Shown piece by piece: positions 1 to 10,055 of a stretch of 64,000 bases of DNA (the stretch's first letter is position 1; every line of letters starts with the position of its first letter). The notes below the pieces were generated by a model that was not told the origin of the DNA, ran no database searches, and was given only the letters and a program-made list of their open reading frames with translations. Origin of the DNA: a virus. Location: positions 27,173 to 91,172 of IMG/VR virus record IMGVR_UViG_3300031419_000529; one strand, given 5' to 3'. A program made the position numbers and the translations under genes.

Positions 1-22
1 GGCCCGCAAAGTCACGTTCCAG

Positions 23-1807
23 ATGGCCCGTGATGCTATCGGCTTTATGCCTGGTGACATTATCGAGCTGATGGATAATCGCCGTGCAGCGACCCGTTTA
101 GGTGGCAGGATCATCAGCCACAATGGTGCTGATATTACTGTAGATGCTGACGTGTCTGAATTGGCCAGCAGTAGCGACACCATGGCAATCATGGGGAGCG
201 ATGCGAAGCTCGTTCACTATGACATCGCCAGAGTGTCAGGCTCGGTTATTACGCTCAAAACTGCGCCTGCCTGGGTGAAAGACGGCACTATCTTTGTTAT
301 CTCGACCCGCTCGGTAGTTGCTCGCCTGTATCGCATCATGGGCGTAAAAGAAGATGACAATAACTCCACTTACTCAATTTCTGCGACGTTACATGATCCG
401 AACAAGCAGGCCATTGTTGACGATGGCGCAGTGTTCGACATTCCTGACGATACGATGAATGGCTATCGGGTCCCCAATGTGGAAAACCTGAAAATCATCA
501 ACACCAACAATGAAACGGTGCAGGTTACGGCGACATGGGAAACCTCCACCGCGACCAAAAAGCTGATGTTTGAACTGTACGTCTACACCGAGAATGGCAA
601 GCTGGTTTCGCAGTACGAAACAGACCAGTTCCGTTATGAGTTTTATGGGCTGGATGCCGGGTCCTACACGCTTGGTGTGCGTGGCCGTAATGAGAACGGA
701 ATGAAAGGTGCCGAAACTCAGGTTAGCCTGGTTATTGGCGCGCCGTCTGTGCCCTCCAGTGTTATCTGGACCCCGGGCATATTCTCGGCTGACATCGTGC
801 CGGTCATGCGCGTTACGGCCACTACGGACACGACCTTTGAGTTTTGGTATTCCGGCACCACGAAAATTACCAACCCTAACCAGATTGAAGATAACAGCCA
901 GTTCCTCGGTCGCTCCAGCCAGTGGACGCTGCACAATCTTAAAGGTGACACCACGTACTACATGTACGTCCGCACAAAAAATGCTTTCGGCATGTCGCCA
1001 TTCATTGAAGCATCCGGACAGGCATCATCAGAAATTCCCGGCATGATTGATTATATCGATAATGCCATCAGGGATTCTGAGGCGTTCGAAAACGTCAAAA
1101 ACGGTGTTGATACCAATATTGAAGGTATTTTGCAGAATGCGTTGGCAAACGATGCGACCGTCAATCACCAGTGGAAGCAGTACGGTGAAGTTCGGGCAGA
1201 CGTTATCACCATCCGCACAACCGTTGCCACCGTTGAAGGTTCGCTTGCCGATCTGACCGATATTGTGCAGGCGCAGTACGGCGAACTTACCGCAGCAGTA
1301 AACCAGAAGCTTACTGCCGAGGTTAAGGACGATGGTACAGCCAAAGCATCTTACACGCTCAATCTCGGCATTGAGCGCAATGGCGTCATGTACAACACCG
1401 GTTTTGGCATGAGCATCGAGCCAAACGGCAGTGGGGGGTATAAATCAACGGCGGTGTTTGCCGCTGACCAGTTCGGGATTTATACGGGGAGCGATCCGGG
1501 TAACTACGAAGCCGCGTTCTTAGTCTATAACGGGCAAGTGTTCATCAACTCAGCATTTATTCAGGATGCCTCGATCACTTCGGCGAAAATCAAGGATGCC
1601 GCGATTACCAACGCCAAAATCAGCGGTTTTATTCAGTCTGACAATTTCAATGCCACCAACGGATGGTACTTAGGTAAAAGCGGCTCCGGCGCTGGACAGT
1701 TTCAGGTAAACGGCGGTGACGGCAACGGGCGCATGGAGATACGCGGTGATCGAATTAATATTTATGACGCCGGCGGTAATCTGAAAGTGAGATTAGGGAG
1801 GTTGTAA
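23..1807 (+). CDS. Host specificity/tail tip protein J (C-terminal part; frame open from window start)
   Basis: Fn3-like segments, coiled-coil linker and DUF1983-type C-terminus (AADQFGIY...VFINSAFIQDASITSAKI). Confidence 0.9.
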   Translation: MARDAIGFMPGDIIELMDNRRAATRLGGRIISHNGADITVDADVSELASSSDTMAIMGSDAKLVHYDIARVSGSVITLKTAPAWVKDGTIFVISTRSVVARLYRIMGVKEDDNNSTYSISATLHDPNKQAIVDDGAVFDIPDDTMNGYRVPNVENLKIINTNNETVQVTATWETSTATKKLMFELYVYTENGKLVSQYETDQFRYEFYGLDAGSYTLGVRGRNENGMKGAETQVSLVIGAPSVPSSVIWTPGIFSADIVPVMRVTATTDTTFEFWYSGTTKITNPNQIEDNSQFLGRSSQWTLHNLKGDTTYYMYVRTKNAFGMSPFIEASGQASSEIPGMIDYIDNAIRDSEAFENVKNGVDTNIEGILQNALANDATVNHQWKQYGEVRADVITIRTTVATVEGSLADLTDIVQAQYGELTAAVNQKLTAEVKDDGTAKASYTLNLGIERNGVMYNTGFGMSIEPNGSGGYKSTAVFAADQFGIYTGSDPGNYEAAFLVYNGQVFINSAFIQDASITSAKIKDAAITNAKISGFIQSDNFNATNGWYLGKSGSGAGQFQVNGGDGNGRMEIRGDRINIYDAGGNLKVRLGRL

Positions 1808-2796
1808 TGGCTTACGGGCTGATGATGAATGGTAGGGAGTTGATAGCAGTAAATAGCCCGTCACTGTTAGCCAACGATAAAGAACCCTGGGCCGACGGTA
1901 ATAGGCAAAAGATATATACTCCCCCGGATTATGTTCCGGGGAACCCGGTTTTTATCGTTGGGCAGACTGGCTATATCTTTGGGAGCGCGACCAATCCGCC
2001 ATTTTACGGAGGGATCACAGGTTGGCGAACCGATGGGAATCGAATCATCGTTGATTTTTCCTCGGCAAACAATCAGGCTCTTTTTACCGAGTTCAGCATA
2101 TATCAGGTTCAAACTCCGCAATCAGTTTCCGGGAATTATGGGATCATGATTCAAAACTCAGTTGACTGGATGAGCATTAACAGCGAGCAACGCCTTGGTT
2201 TTGTTGCTTGGAAAGGGATAGTGACAATAAACGGGCAATGGACTTTGCCAACTGTTCAAAATGACAATACGAAAGTAGTTTATGTTCGTTGTGATGATCC
2301 CGGCGTGTCTGTTTATCACTCAGTTGAATATAACGAATTAACGGTGTCGCGTGATAATGGGAGTGGGGAACCTTTCCGCACCACTGCTAACGTACAAGTT
2401 GTGATTATGAATAGTGGGTATTATCCGCCAACTCCCAGCGGCTTCGGCATGGTGATTAAAAATGACAATGGGAACAATACATTTACGAGTGATTGTGAGC
2501 CGTTAGTCTGGGATGGCCGTTCGGTAAGCGTGGGGGCTAACCCGGATGATTTAGTCAATACGGGCATTGCGAGGCCCATGATACCCCTTGCCGTAAATGC
2601 ATTCATGCGCGGTAACTCGGAAATGAGCGGGGGATATTATAACTATTATAGTTGTGGCTATAGATTTAACGGCTCGGCGGTGCAATTCTGGCGTGCTGAT
2701 TCAGGGCGTAAAATACAGACGAAATGGAATGTATCAACGCGATGGTATTCATCCCAGATGCCACTCATGGTTATAAACGCTGACCACTACTTCTAA
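1807..2796 (+). CDS. Tail-associated protein downstream of J
   Basis: Overlapping TAATG coupling to J; repeated YG(I/L/M) modules typical of post-J tail proteins. Confidence 0.65.
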   Translation: MAYGLMMNGRELIAVNSPSLLANDKEPWADGNRQKIYTPPDYVPGNPVFIVGQTGYIFGSATNPPFYGGITGWRTDGNRIIVDFSSANNQALFTEFSIYQVQTPQSVSGNYGIMIQNSVDWMSINSEQRLGFVAWKGIVTINGQWTLPTVQNDNTKVVYVRCDDPGVSVYHSVEYNELTVSRDNGSGEPFRTTANVQVVIMNSGYYPPTPSGFGMVIKNDNGNNTFTSDCEPLVWDGRSVSVGANPDDLVNTGIARPMIPLAVNAFMRGNSEMSGGYYNYYSCGYRFNGSAVQFWRADSGRKIQTKWNVSTRWYSSQMPLMVINADHYF

Positions 2797-2797
2797 C

Positions 2798-2822
2798 AAC
2801 CGGCCATTGAGCCGGTTTTTTT
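2798..2822 (+). terminator. Intrinsic terminator
   Basis: AACCGGC-cattga-GCCGGTT followed by a T tract. Confidence 0.7.
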
Positions 2823-2845
2823 ATATCTGAATTCAGGAGAACATC

Positions 2846-3988
2846 ATGCCAGCAGGCACTCTAACCCTAACGAATAACTCCGCTGTAGTTAAGGGGGCGG
2901 GAACGGCATTTAACACTGAGTTGAAAGCCGGCGATATGATTGTGAGCATCGTTGGCGGCGATACCTATACGTTGCCGGTGAAAACCGTTGATAGCGCCAC
3001 ACAGGTCACGTTAATTAAAGCGTATGACGGACCGGCGCAAGCCGGCGCAGCGTGGTATGCCGTACCGCGTGACACGATGAACGCTATTACCGCTCAACTG
3101 GCGGCTGAGACGGCCAAGGCAATGCGCGGGATGAATTACGACAAAGCAAACTGGCAGCAGGTGTTCAGCGGTACCGGAAACATTACGGTAACGCTTCCCG
3201 ACGGCAGTACATATACCGGTCCGGCCTGGAATAGCTTTACAGCGGCACTAAATTTAAAAGCTGATAAAACAGACCTTGATAAAAAAGTCGATAAAACATC
3301 GCTTGGCAACTCTGCAACCCGTGATGTGGGAACTGGCCCAGGAAACGTTGCGGTGGGGAATGATAGTCGTTTTAGTTCAATCGATGGGAATAGTGGTGGG
3401 GAACTATCTAGAGGTTCTGGAATATCATTAGCTATCAATGGCTCTAATGATACCGGCGGATATAACACTACGCCAAGATTTGAAACAATAATCAGGGGGC
3501 GAGGAGCCACTTCTGACCCCCGTGGAGCTAAATTCTCATTAATTGCTCAGGAGTTTATAGGCACAACTGCTGCGGGCATCCTTGAATTTGATGGGTTTGG
3601 GAAGAATTATACGTGGAGGTTTAACCTCGAAGGAAATGGAACAGCACCAGGCTCATGGATTGGAAACTCAGACCGTCGGATAAAAACGGATCTTGAAGTT
3701 ATCGACAATGCCCTTTCAAAAGTTGGAAGACTTACCGGATACACAGGGCTTAAGGATGGACATCCATTTACGGGATTAATAGCCCAAGATGTTAAAGACG
3801 TATTGCCTCAGGCAGTATCCATAACAGGCGATTTAAAGTTACAGAATGGTGAGATTGTCAAAGATGTTTTAGGCGTTAGTTATGGTGAGTTGGCGGGGCT
3901 GCTCGTTGAAGCAATTAAACAGTTATCGTTAAAAATTAGCCGTCAGGATGAAGAGGTTAGAGAATTAAAAGAGTCAATGAATCGTTAA
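2846..3988 (+). CDS. Tail fibre with C-terminal peptidase S74 intramolecular chaperone
   Basis: N-term MPAGTLTLTNNS; C-term SDRRIKTD...GLIAQDV...SYGELAGLLVEAIKQL coiled coil. Confidence 0.88.
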   Translation: MPAGTLTLTNNSAVVKGAGTAFNTELKAGDMIVSIVGGDTYTLPVKTVDSATQVTLIKAYDGPAQAGAAWYAVPRDTMNAITAQLAAETAKAMRGMNYDKANWQQVFSGTGNITVTLPDGSTYTGPAWNSFTAALNLKADKTDLDKKVDKTSLGNSATRDVGTGPGNVAVGNDSRFSSIDGNSGGELSRGSGISLAINGSNDTGGYNTTPRFETIIRGRGATSDPRGAKFSLIAQEFIGTTAAGILEFDGFGKNYTWRFNLEGNGTAPGSWIGNSDRRIKTDLEVIDNALSKVGRLTGYTGLKDGHPFTGLIAQDVKDVLPQAVSITGDLKLQNGEIVKDVLGVSYGELAGLLVEAIKQLSLKISRQDEEVRELKESMNR

Positions 3989-4050
3989 TTAAAACGAAAT
4001 AATACAACCACTAATTCCGCTTTGGCGGTTTTTTTTAATGGAGAAATGCG

Positions 4051-5397
4051 ATGGTTTTAATCAGTGGAGTATTAAAAGGACCTTATGGTGATGTACGTTC
4101 TGACGTGACAATCACCATGCGCTCGGTTAAAACATCCGCGACGGTATTGGGCTTGCTTAGTTCAAAATCTACAACGGATGAAAGCGGCCGTTATTCTTTG
4201 ACCGTTGAGTCTGGCGCATATGAAGTAATTGTTTCGGTCAGGGGGCAAGCTGATTTTTCAGTAGGTACAATTCAAGTATTCTCAGACTCGCTACCCGGCT
4301 CGCTCAATGATTTTCTGCGTCGTCCAGGGGAAAGCGACATCACGCCGGAGATTGTTCAAACCGTCGATCGCATGCGTGTAGATGCCGCCGCATCAGCGGA
4401 TAAGTCAGCCGCATCTGCTGCAGCGGCAAAACAAAGCGAAGATAACTCGGCGTCTACGTTAGCAGCAGCTGTAAAAGAAAGTTCACGTGCTGTTATCGTC
4501 CCTGCTGTAGTCAACGCGATTGGTAACTTTCAGGGGTATTTGAAGTTGGCCACGCTGCCGATAACCAACACAGGCGTGAACGGTGTGCACTTTATGGTTG
4601 CAGCGGGGAGAACGTACGGAACCCCAGGTATGGATATAAAGTTTGTTCAGTTCTCGGCACGCAACGCATCGACGACAGCACTCGATAGCAGAGGGCTAAA
4701 AGTTGCATCGCTGGGGCCAGCGGGGCAAGACGTTAAGTTTGGCGCAATTTATAACGCCCAAACAGCGCGATGGGAACTATGGATGTTAGGGCCAGCATAC
4801 AGCATGCCATCGGTAACAATACTCGCAAGCAGCAGCTCAAATGCCATGTCAGGAATTGAATTGCTGAAAGATAACACATGGCAAAAAACCAAGCCTGATG
4901 GTTTTACCCCCGTAGTAGAAGATAAAATTTATTCTGGTTATAACGTAACCGTGGACGCGAACGGATTTTTGAAAGCAGCATCGCCGATCGTTAAGTTGTC
5001 CCGCGATGGCTCATGCGACCTTAACGACGAAAGCCAGGGGGTAACTACCGAACGTGTGAGTGAAGGAGTTTATCGCGTATCCGGCACGTTGGGGTTTAAC
5101 GCTGATGCTGAATGGGGCGGCCCTGATGGTGGTATCGAGGTTCCGCTCGACCGCAACAAACAGCCGCTGATCTGGGTGGATTACGAGGTAGAGCCAACCG
5201 GTGATCTGCTGATCAAAACCTACCATCGCACGCACCCGACAGCGCCGGCATTCGCCCGCAATGAAGTGATGGGATATGACGAAGGGATGCCGATCGATAT
5301 ACCGGAGGGGCGCTGGGTGGACCTGCGCGTTGAGATGCCTGCCGTGGAAGAGTCTTCTCCAGAAATTGCAGTAGAAAAACCTGAGTTGGAGAGTTGA
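4051..5397 (+). CDS. Side tail fibre (prophage tail fibre N-terminal domain plus phage tail C-terminal domain)
   Basis: N-term ISGVLKGPYG..YSLTVESGAYEV; C-term DANGFLKAASPIVKL...DIPEGRWVDLRVEMP. Confidence 0.85.
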   Translation: MVLISGVLKGPYGDVRSDVTITMRSVKTSATVLGLLSSKSTTDESGRYSLTVESGAYEVIVSVRGQADFSVGTIQVFSDSLPGSLNDFLRRPGESDITPEIVQTVDRMRVDAAASADKSAASAAAAKQSEDNSASTLAAAVKESSRAVIVPAVVNAIGNFQGYLKLATLPITNTGVNGVHFMVAAGRTYGTPGMDIKFVQFSARNASTTALDSRGLKVASLGPAGQDVKFGAIYNAQTARWELWMLGPAYSMPSVTILASSSSNAMSGIELLKDNTWQKTKPDGFTPVVEDKIYSGYNVTVDANGFLKAASPIVKLSRDGSCDLNDESQGVTTERVSEGVYRVSGTLGFNADAEWGGPDGGIEVPLDRNKQPLIWVDYEVEPTGDLLIKTYHRTHPTAPAFARNEVMGYDEGMPIDIPEGRWVDLRVEMPAVEESSPEIAVEKPELES

Positions 5398-5403
5398 ATT
5401 TAA

Positions 5404-5426
5404 GCCGGGAGAGATCCCGGCATTTT
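5404..5426 (+). terminator. Terminator after tail fibre
   Basis: GCCGGGA-gaga-TCCCGGC followed by atttt. Confidence 0.6.
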
Positions 5427-5612
5427 GCTGACCGGTCAACATTAATGGCGGTGAAGAGGTCGGCTGTCCGAATTAATTTCGAATCGATCCGAGATTTTTA
5501 ATAAGTGTTTGAATGTTAAGGACGGTTAACGAAGGTTTTTTTGATGGGTTCTTAATCTTTTTTGGTGTTATCTATCTGAAATTAAATGATTTATTTTTCT
5601 GTGTGCGATTAA

Positions 5613-5636
5613 AGGAATCGTATTCGGTCTTTTTTT
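5613..5636 (+). other. att core (copy of the SdsR/RyeB sRNA 3' end) at the junction of two prophages
   Basis: AGGAATCGTATTCGGTCTTTTTTT resembles the sdsR terminator half as I recall it; the upstream GACCGAATAC arm of the intact gene is absent; integrase ends 80 bp away. Confidence 0.85.
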
Positions 5637-5670
5637 GTGTGCTTGATTTATAAGGTAAAATTTCACCCAC

Positions 5671-5700
5671 CCACGAAAATACACGAAATTTCCACGAAAA
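5671..5700 (+). repeat. Putative integrase arm-type sites (3 x CACGAAA)
   Basis: ccacgaaaat acacgaaatt tccacgaaaa between att core and int stop. Confidence 0.6.
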
Positions 5701-5716
5701 CCTATATCCGGTCTTT

Positions 5717-6802
5717 TTAGACAAGTACGTATTCCTTGCCTCTGGGATCGAGATATTTCTTCGTCATGATTGCTGATTTGTGGCCCAATAGGCGCTGTGC
5801 GAACTCTTCCCCTTTTTCCATGCTGTATAGCCGTGACGCGAGACTGCGAATCTCGTGAAATGTTGGTGGATTGTCACCAAGATCCAACGTTGAGGCATTC
5901 CTGGCTTTCACAAATGCTTTGGTTAAAGCGTCAGGGTGTAACGATGTATCACCTTTCTTAGAACGCCGCGTGGTGTTGATGATGTAGTTTGAAGAATGCG
6001 AGGCTCGGCAGCGCTCTATTACATCCCCCAAGCGAAGATTTGCCGCTTCAAGATGTAGGCTTAAAGGGATGGCGATGCGCATACCTGTTTTACCCTGTTC
6101 GACATGCAGTCGATCGTCGATGATGTCAGTAAAACGCAGGAGAACAACATCCTCTCTCCTTTGGCCGGTGATAAGGGCCATATCCATAGCAAATCCCACC
6201 CATTGAGGGTGTTCACTCGCTGCTAAATATATTTTTGTGTACTCATCATAATTTAGACGCTCACGTTTAACTTTAATGCGAGGGGCTCTAGTTGCTGCCA
6301 CTGGGTTTGTTTTTATTCTACCTTCCACGATTGCTTCCCTAAATATATCAGACAAAACTGAACGCATTGCTGTTGACATCGAATTTTTCCCCTGAGCGTT
6401 AAATGACTCCAAATACTCAGCTATCTGGCGAGTGTCTATTTCTGGCAGCAAACAGTTTCCCATTAATGACCTAATCATTTTTAACTGGTTAGTTCGAATT
6501 TTTATAGTGTTTGGTTTTAACTCTCGCCGGCTAAGTATTACCTCGTACCTATCTAGCCACGCATTAAGTGTTAAAACGTCTTTGCGGCTTTTAAGGCGAT
6601 CTATGAGTGCATTGGGCAGATAGTTTTGCTCAAGGTAGTTGTTCGCTTCGATTGCCTGCGCAATGGCATCCTTTCTTGCAATCTGCCCCAAGGGAAGCTC
6701 TCGCTGCGTGATAGGGTGGCGCCAGTAGAACGATTTATATTTCTTACGATAAGTGAGATTCTTAGGTAAGTTAGCGTCGTACTTTTCTGGTCTTTTCGCC
6801 AT
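5717..6802 (-). CDS. int: Lambda-type tyrosine integrase
   Basis: Arm-binding N-term (NLPKNLTYRK), TGQRRED, HEIRSL, LLGH, catalytic Y in TKKYLD. Confidence 0.97.
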   Translation of the reverse strand: MAKRPEKYDANLPKNLTYRKKYKSFYWRHPITQRELPLGQIARKDAIAQAIEANNYLEQNYLPNALIDRLKSRKDVLTLNAWLDRYEVILSRRELKPNTIKIRTNQLKMIRSLMGNCLLPEIDTRQIAEYLESFNAQGKNSMSTAMRSVLSDIFREAIVEGRIKTNPVAATRAPRIKVKRERLNYDEYTKIYLAASEHPQWVGFAMDMALITGQRREDVVLLRFTDIIDDRLHVEQGKTGMRIAIPLSLHLEAANLRLGDVIERCRASHSSNYIINTTRRSKKGDTSLHPDALTKAFVKARNASTLDLGDNPPTFHEIRSLASRLYSMEKGEEFAQRLLGHKSAIMTKKYLDPRGKEYVLV

Positions 6803-7046
6803 TAATTATTCTCTCTATCAGCGGTGGAACTTCTATTGCTTCGGTTTTCTGCAATGCTCTGGCAAGATTAAATGACTTGGGTTGTATATAAATCGCGTTC
6901 GGTTTTACCCTGTATTCTCGCCCATGTTTTTCCGGCGCTGGGTAAATGTTCCCACTACGAGCCCAGCGGCGTAATGTTTTTATTGATGGCTGTTTACTCT
7001 CATAGGTTTTTTCACTCCATTCTTCTAGGGTGAGTAACTTTGTCAT
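6771..7046 (-). CDS. xis: Excisionase
   Basis: LLTLEEW...PSIKTLRRWARSGNIYPAPEKHGREYRV; overlaps int. Confidence 0.93.
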   Translation of the reverse strand: MTKLLTLEEWSEKTYESKQPSIKTLRRWARSGNIYPAPEKHGREYRVKPNAIYIQPKSFNLARALQKTEAIEVPPLIERIINGEKTRKVRR

Positions 7047-7065
7047 TATCTTCTCCTCAAAAGAG

Positions 7066-7090
7066 AAGGGCGTAACACTGTTACGCCCTT
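7066..7090 (-). terminator. Perfect 12-bp inverted repeat just upstream of the xis RBS
   Basis: AAGGGCGTAACA-c-TGTTACGCCCTT; CTCTTTT follows on the minus strand. Confidence 0.55.
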
Positions 7091-7178
7091 ATTATGGTTT
7101 ATCTAATGTGATTAGGAAGGGGCTATGGTCGATCGTGTGTGGGCTATAATTTTCCTACTATCACTGTGAGGTTTTTGT

Positions 7179-7877
7179 ATGTGCGGCCGCTTTACCCAAG
7201 TACTAACAAGGGCTGACTATCTCGATTATTTAGCATCAGAGCTCGAGTATGCAGATGCTCTGGATACTGTGCCTATTGGAAGGTATAACGTTGCGCCTGG
7301 TACCCATGTACTGCTCATCAATCAGCGCGATACCCAGCTCCATATGGATCCGGTTCTATGGGGATATGGCCCTGATTGGTGGCTTGAGATGAAGCGCCCG
7401 CCCGTAATCAATGCACGGGTTGAAACTGCAGCGAGTAGCCGGATGTTTAAACCGTTGTGGGAGCATGGCCGCATGCTGGTGGCTGCCGACGGTTGGTATG
7501 AGTGGAAGAAGTCACCGGATGATCCGAAGAAGAAACAGCCGTATTTTATCCATTCGGATGGGCCGATATTCTTTGCTGCCATCAGTCGATTTCATACCAA
7601 AGAGGCTGAGCAGCACGATGATGGCTTTGTCATTATCACGGCTGCTAGCGACTCCGGCTTACTGGATATCCATGATCGGCGGCCGGTAGTCTTGCCGCCG
7701 GCGGCGGCCCGCGAATGGCTAAACCCCGAAACTTCTTCTGCGCGTGCTGAAGAAATCGCCACGCGTGGAGCCACACCTGCCGATAAATTCTCGTGGTATC
7801 CCGTTTCAAAGGCCGTTGGCAGCATTAAGAACGACAGCGCGGATCTCTTGAAGCCTATCGATAATCCGCTACTGTGA
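7179..7877 (+). CDS. yedK: SOS response-associated peptidase (SRAP/YedK family)
   Basis: MCGRF N-terminus, INARVET, DGWYEW, IHDRRP. Confidence 0.95.
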   Translation: MCGRFTQVLTRADYLDYLASELEYADALDTVPIGRYNVAPGTHVLLINQRDTQLHMDPVLWGYGPDWWLEMKRPPVINARVETAASSRMFKPLWEHGRMLVAADGWYEWKKSPDDPKKKQPYFIHSDGPIFFAAISRFHTKEAEQHDDGFVIITAASDSGLLDIHDRRPVVLPPAAAREWLNPETSSARAEEIATRGATPADKFSWYPVSKAVGSIKNDSADLLKPIDNPLL

Positions 7878-7879
7878 TG

Positions 7880-9148
7880 TCAGTAAACGCGGGCGCGCGG
7901 CAAGTCCGTCACTCGTGTGGTATATGCGGGGGAGAGCAATTCTCGCTTCATCGACCATGCCTGGTGATTGCCCTGGCCGGCGAACCAGACTTTTGCACGC
8001 CCAGACTTGTTGATTTGATCTAAAACTGTCATCAACCGTTCGCTATTAGGCCGTGGCTGGAATTCATCAAACAGATTCAACTGGGCGATACCTTGTGAGT
8101 AGAAGTCCTGCAGCATGACGCCTGCTTTCTGATAGCGGTGGCCCGGCTGCCAGATTGTATCTAAACATCGAATAGCCGCGGCTATAATGTCTCGAGTATC
8201 TTGCGTTGGTGTGCTGAGCTTGATGCTTGCAGTGTTGCTGTAATAGTCCTCGTTGATCGAGAACGGACTGGTCTTAACCCAGGCATTTATATACCGGCAA
8301 TATTGATGCTCTTCGCGGAGTTTTTCCGCCGCGCGCGTCGCGTACATGCAGATCGCCTGGTGCATTTGGTCATACTCCGTGATGCGGTCACCGAAGCTGC
8401 GGCTGCAGATAATCTGCTGCTTCGTCGGTGCAAATTCCTCGAGCGACAAACAGGGTTCACCACGCAGTTCTCGCACCGTGCGCTCAATCACGACACTGAA
8501 ATGCTTTCTGATCATTGTGGTGCTTGCGTCAGCCAACTGAAGTGCAGTCTCTATCCCCATGACCTGCAGTTTTTTCGATATCCGCCGACCAATACCCCAG
8601 ATCTCCGCTACCGGCACTAGCGCCATCAATTTTCGCTGCCGTTCCAAATTAGAAAGGTCAACCACGCCGCCGGTCTTATCCCATTTTTTCGCAGCGAAAT
8701 TTGCCAGTTTTGCGAGTGTCTTGGTTTGGGCAATGCCCACACCTACGGTGAGCCCCGTGTCGCGCAGCACTTTGGCACGAACCTGCCGACCGAACTTATC
8801 AAGATCAATGCAGTTACGAACGCCGGTCAGATCGAGAAAACTTTCGTCAATTGAATAAATTTCGACGCGTGGTGCCATCTCTTCCAGCACTGCCATTACT
8901 CGCATCGACATATCGGCGTACAACTCGTAATTACTGCTGAACGCTATGCCGCCGGCGCGCTCAAAGTCCCGCTTAATTTTGAAATAGGGCTCTCCCATTT
9001 TGAGCCCCAATAACTTGGCTTCTTTACTCCGCGCCACTACACAGCCGTCATTATTCGATAGAACAACCACTGGGCGTCCGCGTAGATCCGGACGCCACAG
9101 CGTTTCGCAGCTTGCATAGAAGCTGTTTACATCGGCCAGGGCATACAT
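7880..9148 (-). CDS. umuC: DNA polymerase V subunit UmuC
   Basis: [22 protein letters not shown]-term [12 protein letters not shown]. Confidence 0.97.
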   Translation of the reverse strand: MYALADVNSFYASCETLWRPDLRGRPVVVLSNNDGCVVARSKEAKLLGLKMGEPYFKIKRDFERAGGIAFSSNYELYADMSMRVMAVLEEMAPRVEIYSIDESFLDLTGVRNCIDLDKFGRQVRAKVLRDTGLTVGVGIAQTKTLAKLANFAAKKWDKTGGVVDLSNLERQRKLMALVPVAEIWGIGRRISKKLQVMGIETALQLADASTTMIRKHFSVVIERTVRELRGEPCLSLEEFAPTKQQIICSRSFGDRITEYDQMHQAICMYATRAAEKLREEHQYCRYINAWVKTSPFSINEDYYSNTASIKLSTPTQDTRDIIAAAIRCLDTIWQPGHRYQKAGVMLQDFYSQGIAQLNLFDEFQPRPNSERLMTVLDQINKSGRAKVWFAGQGNHQAWSMKRELLSPAYTTRVTDLPRARVY

Positions 9149-9570
9149 TATTTCAGCCTCGTGATCGTTGAAATGACTACCCCAACGATGTCCAGGTCTT
9201 CGCCACCGTCAGGAAGGGGAATAGGGCTGAATTTCGGGTTCATTGGCTCGAGCTGTGCAACAGGGTTTAGGCACAGCCGCTTAACCGTGAACTCGCCTGC
9301 GATGCTGGCGATCACGATATCGCCGTGACAGGCACTAATGCTTCGATCGACTACCAGCATAGATCCGTCGGTGATCCCGGCTTCGATCATGCTTTCTCCT
9401 GAAGCGATCAGAAAGTAAGTTGCCGAAGGGTGGCTTATGCAGTACTCGTTGAGGTCGATCCGCGCGTGCACGTAATCTTGCGCAGGGCTGGGGAAGCCTG
9501 CTGGGACTTTGTCGGAGTAAAGCGGAGTGAGTTGTTTCTCGGGTGTTGGTGTTGGAAAAAAGTGCTTCAT
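9148..9570 (-). CDS. umuD: DNA polymerase V subunit UmuD (likely start 9570)
   Basis: VPAGFPSPA cleavage site, GESM serine, TVKRL lysine; the longer ORF start lies upstream of the LexA box. Confidence 0.95.
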   Translation of the reverse strand: MKHFFPTPTPEKQLTPLYSDKVPAGFPSPAQDYVHARIDLNEYCISHPSATYFLIASGESMIEAGITDGSMLVVDRSISACHGDIVIASIAGEFTVKRLCLNPVAQLEPMNPKFSPIPLPDGGEDLDIVGVVISTITRLK

Positions 9571-9584
9571 GGTGCATTTCTCTA

Positions 9585-9604
9585 TACTGTTTTTATATAC
9601 AGTA
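9585..9604. promoter_or_regulatory. LexA (SOS) box upstream of umuD
   Basis: TACTGTTTTTATATACAGTA = CTG-N10-CAG. Confidence 0.93.
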
Positions 9605-9755
9605 TAATCCCGTTTTAGACGTTGCAACCATAAAGAAAGGGAGGGATAGAAGGATCTAAAGCTATCCCTTTGTTGAGCAAGATGATCCTCTCGGAAAAAT
9701 TTTACTTCGCTAGCTGGGGATACACACAGGCTGTGAGCCAGTTTCTTAAGTAAGG

Positions 9756-10043
9756 CTAAAAAGCCGGTACAGGTTTTTTTGTTTTTATAATCAACTCGAT
9801 ATCTTCGTCTTTTAGGCTAGCGCGACCATCGTCTTGAGTTGCTAAGTAATAGGTATTTCCATTCACACTTGTAAATTCTGATATAGAAAAAGACTCATAT
9901 AGATCAATTGGTTCAACAGGATCTTTGCTTTCAGTATTACGTCGTCTTACAAGATTACCTGTGATAAAGGTAGCTATACCGTCTTGCATAGAACCAGACA
10001 AGATGCTTCCTTTATGACCAGCACCATAGACAATAAAATCCAT
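9756..10043 (-). CDS. Hypothetical protein (AT-rich accessory)
   Basis: 95-aa ORF with strong SD (GGAGGAAGG). Confidence 0.7.
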   Translation of the reverse strand: MDFIVYGAGHKGSILSGSMQDGIATFITGNLVRRRNTESKDPVEPIDLYESFSISEFTSVNGNTYYLATQDDGRASLKDEDIELIIKTKKPVPAF

Positions 10044-10055
10044 AATCCTTCCTCC

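Larger units (their letters stand above)
1..5636 (+). mobile_element. Right end of prophage 1 (lambdoid siphovirus tail module)
   Basis: J-like protein followed by two tail fibre genes and terminators, ending at an att core. Confidence 0.9.

Noticed and set aside
5613-5636. Intact sdsR gene
   Set aside because: Only the 3' half of the terminator is present; upstream sequence is not the sRNA body
9571-9627. N-terminal extension of UmuD in the ORF track
   Set aside because: It overlaps the LexA box and promoter; ATG at 9570 gives a normal length
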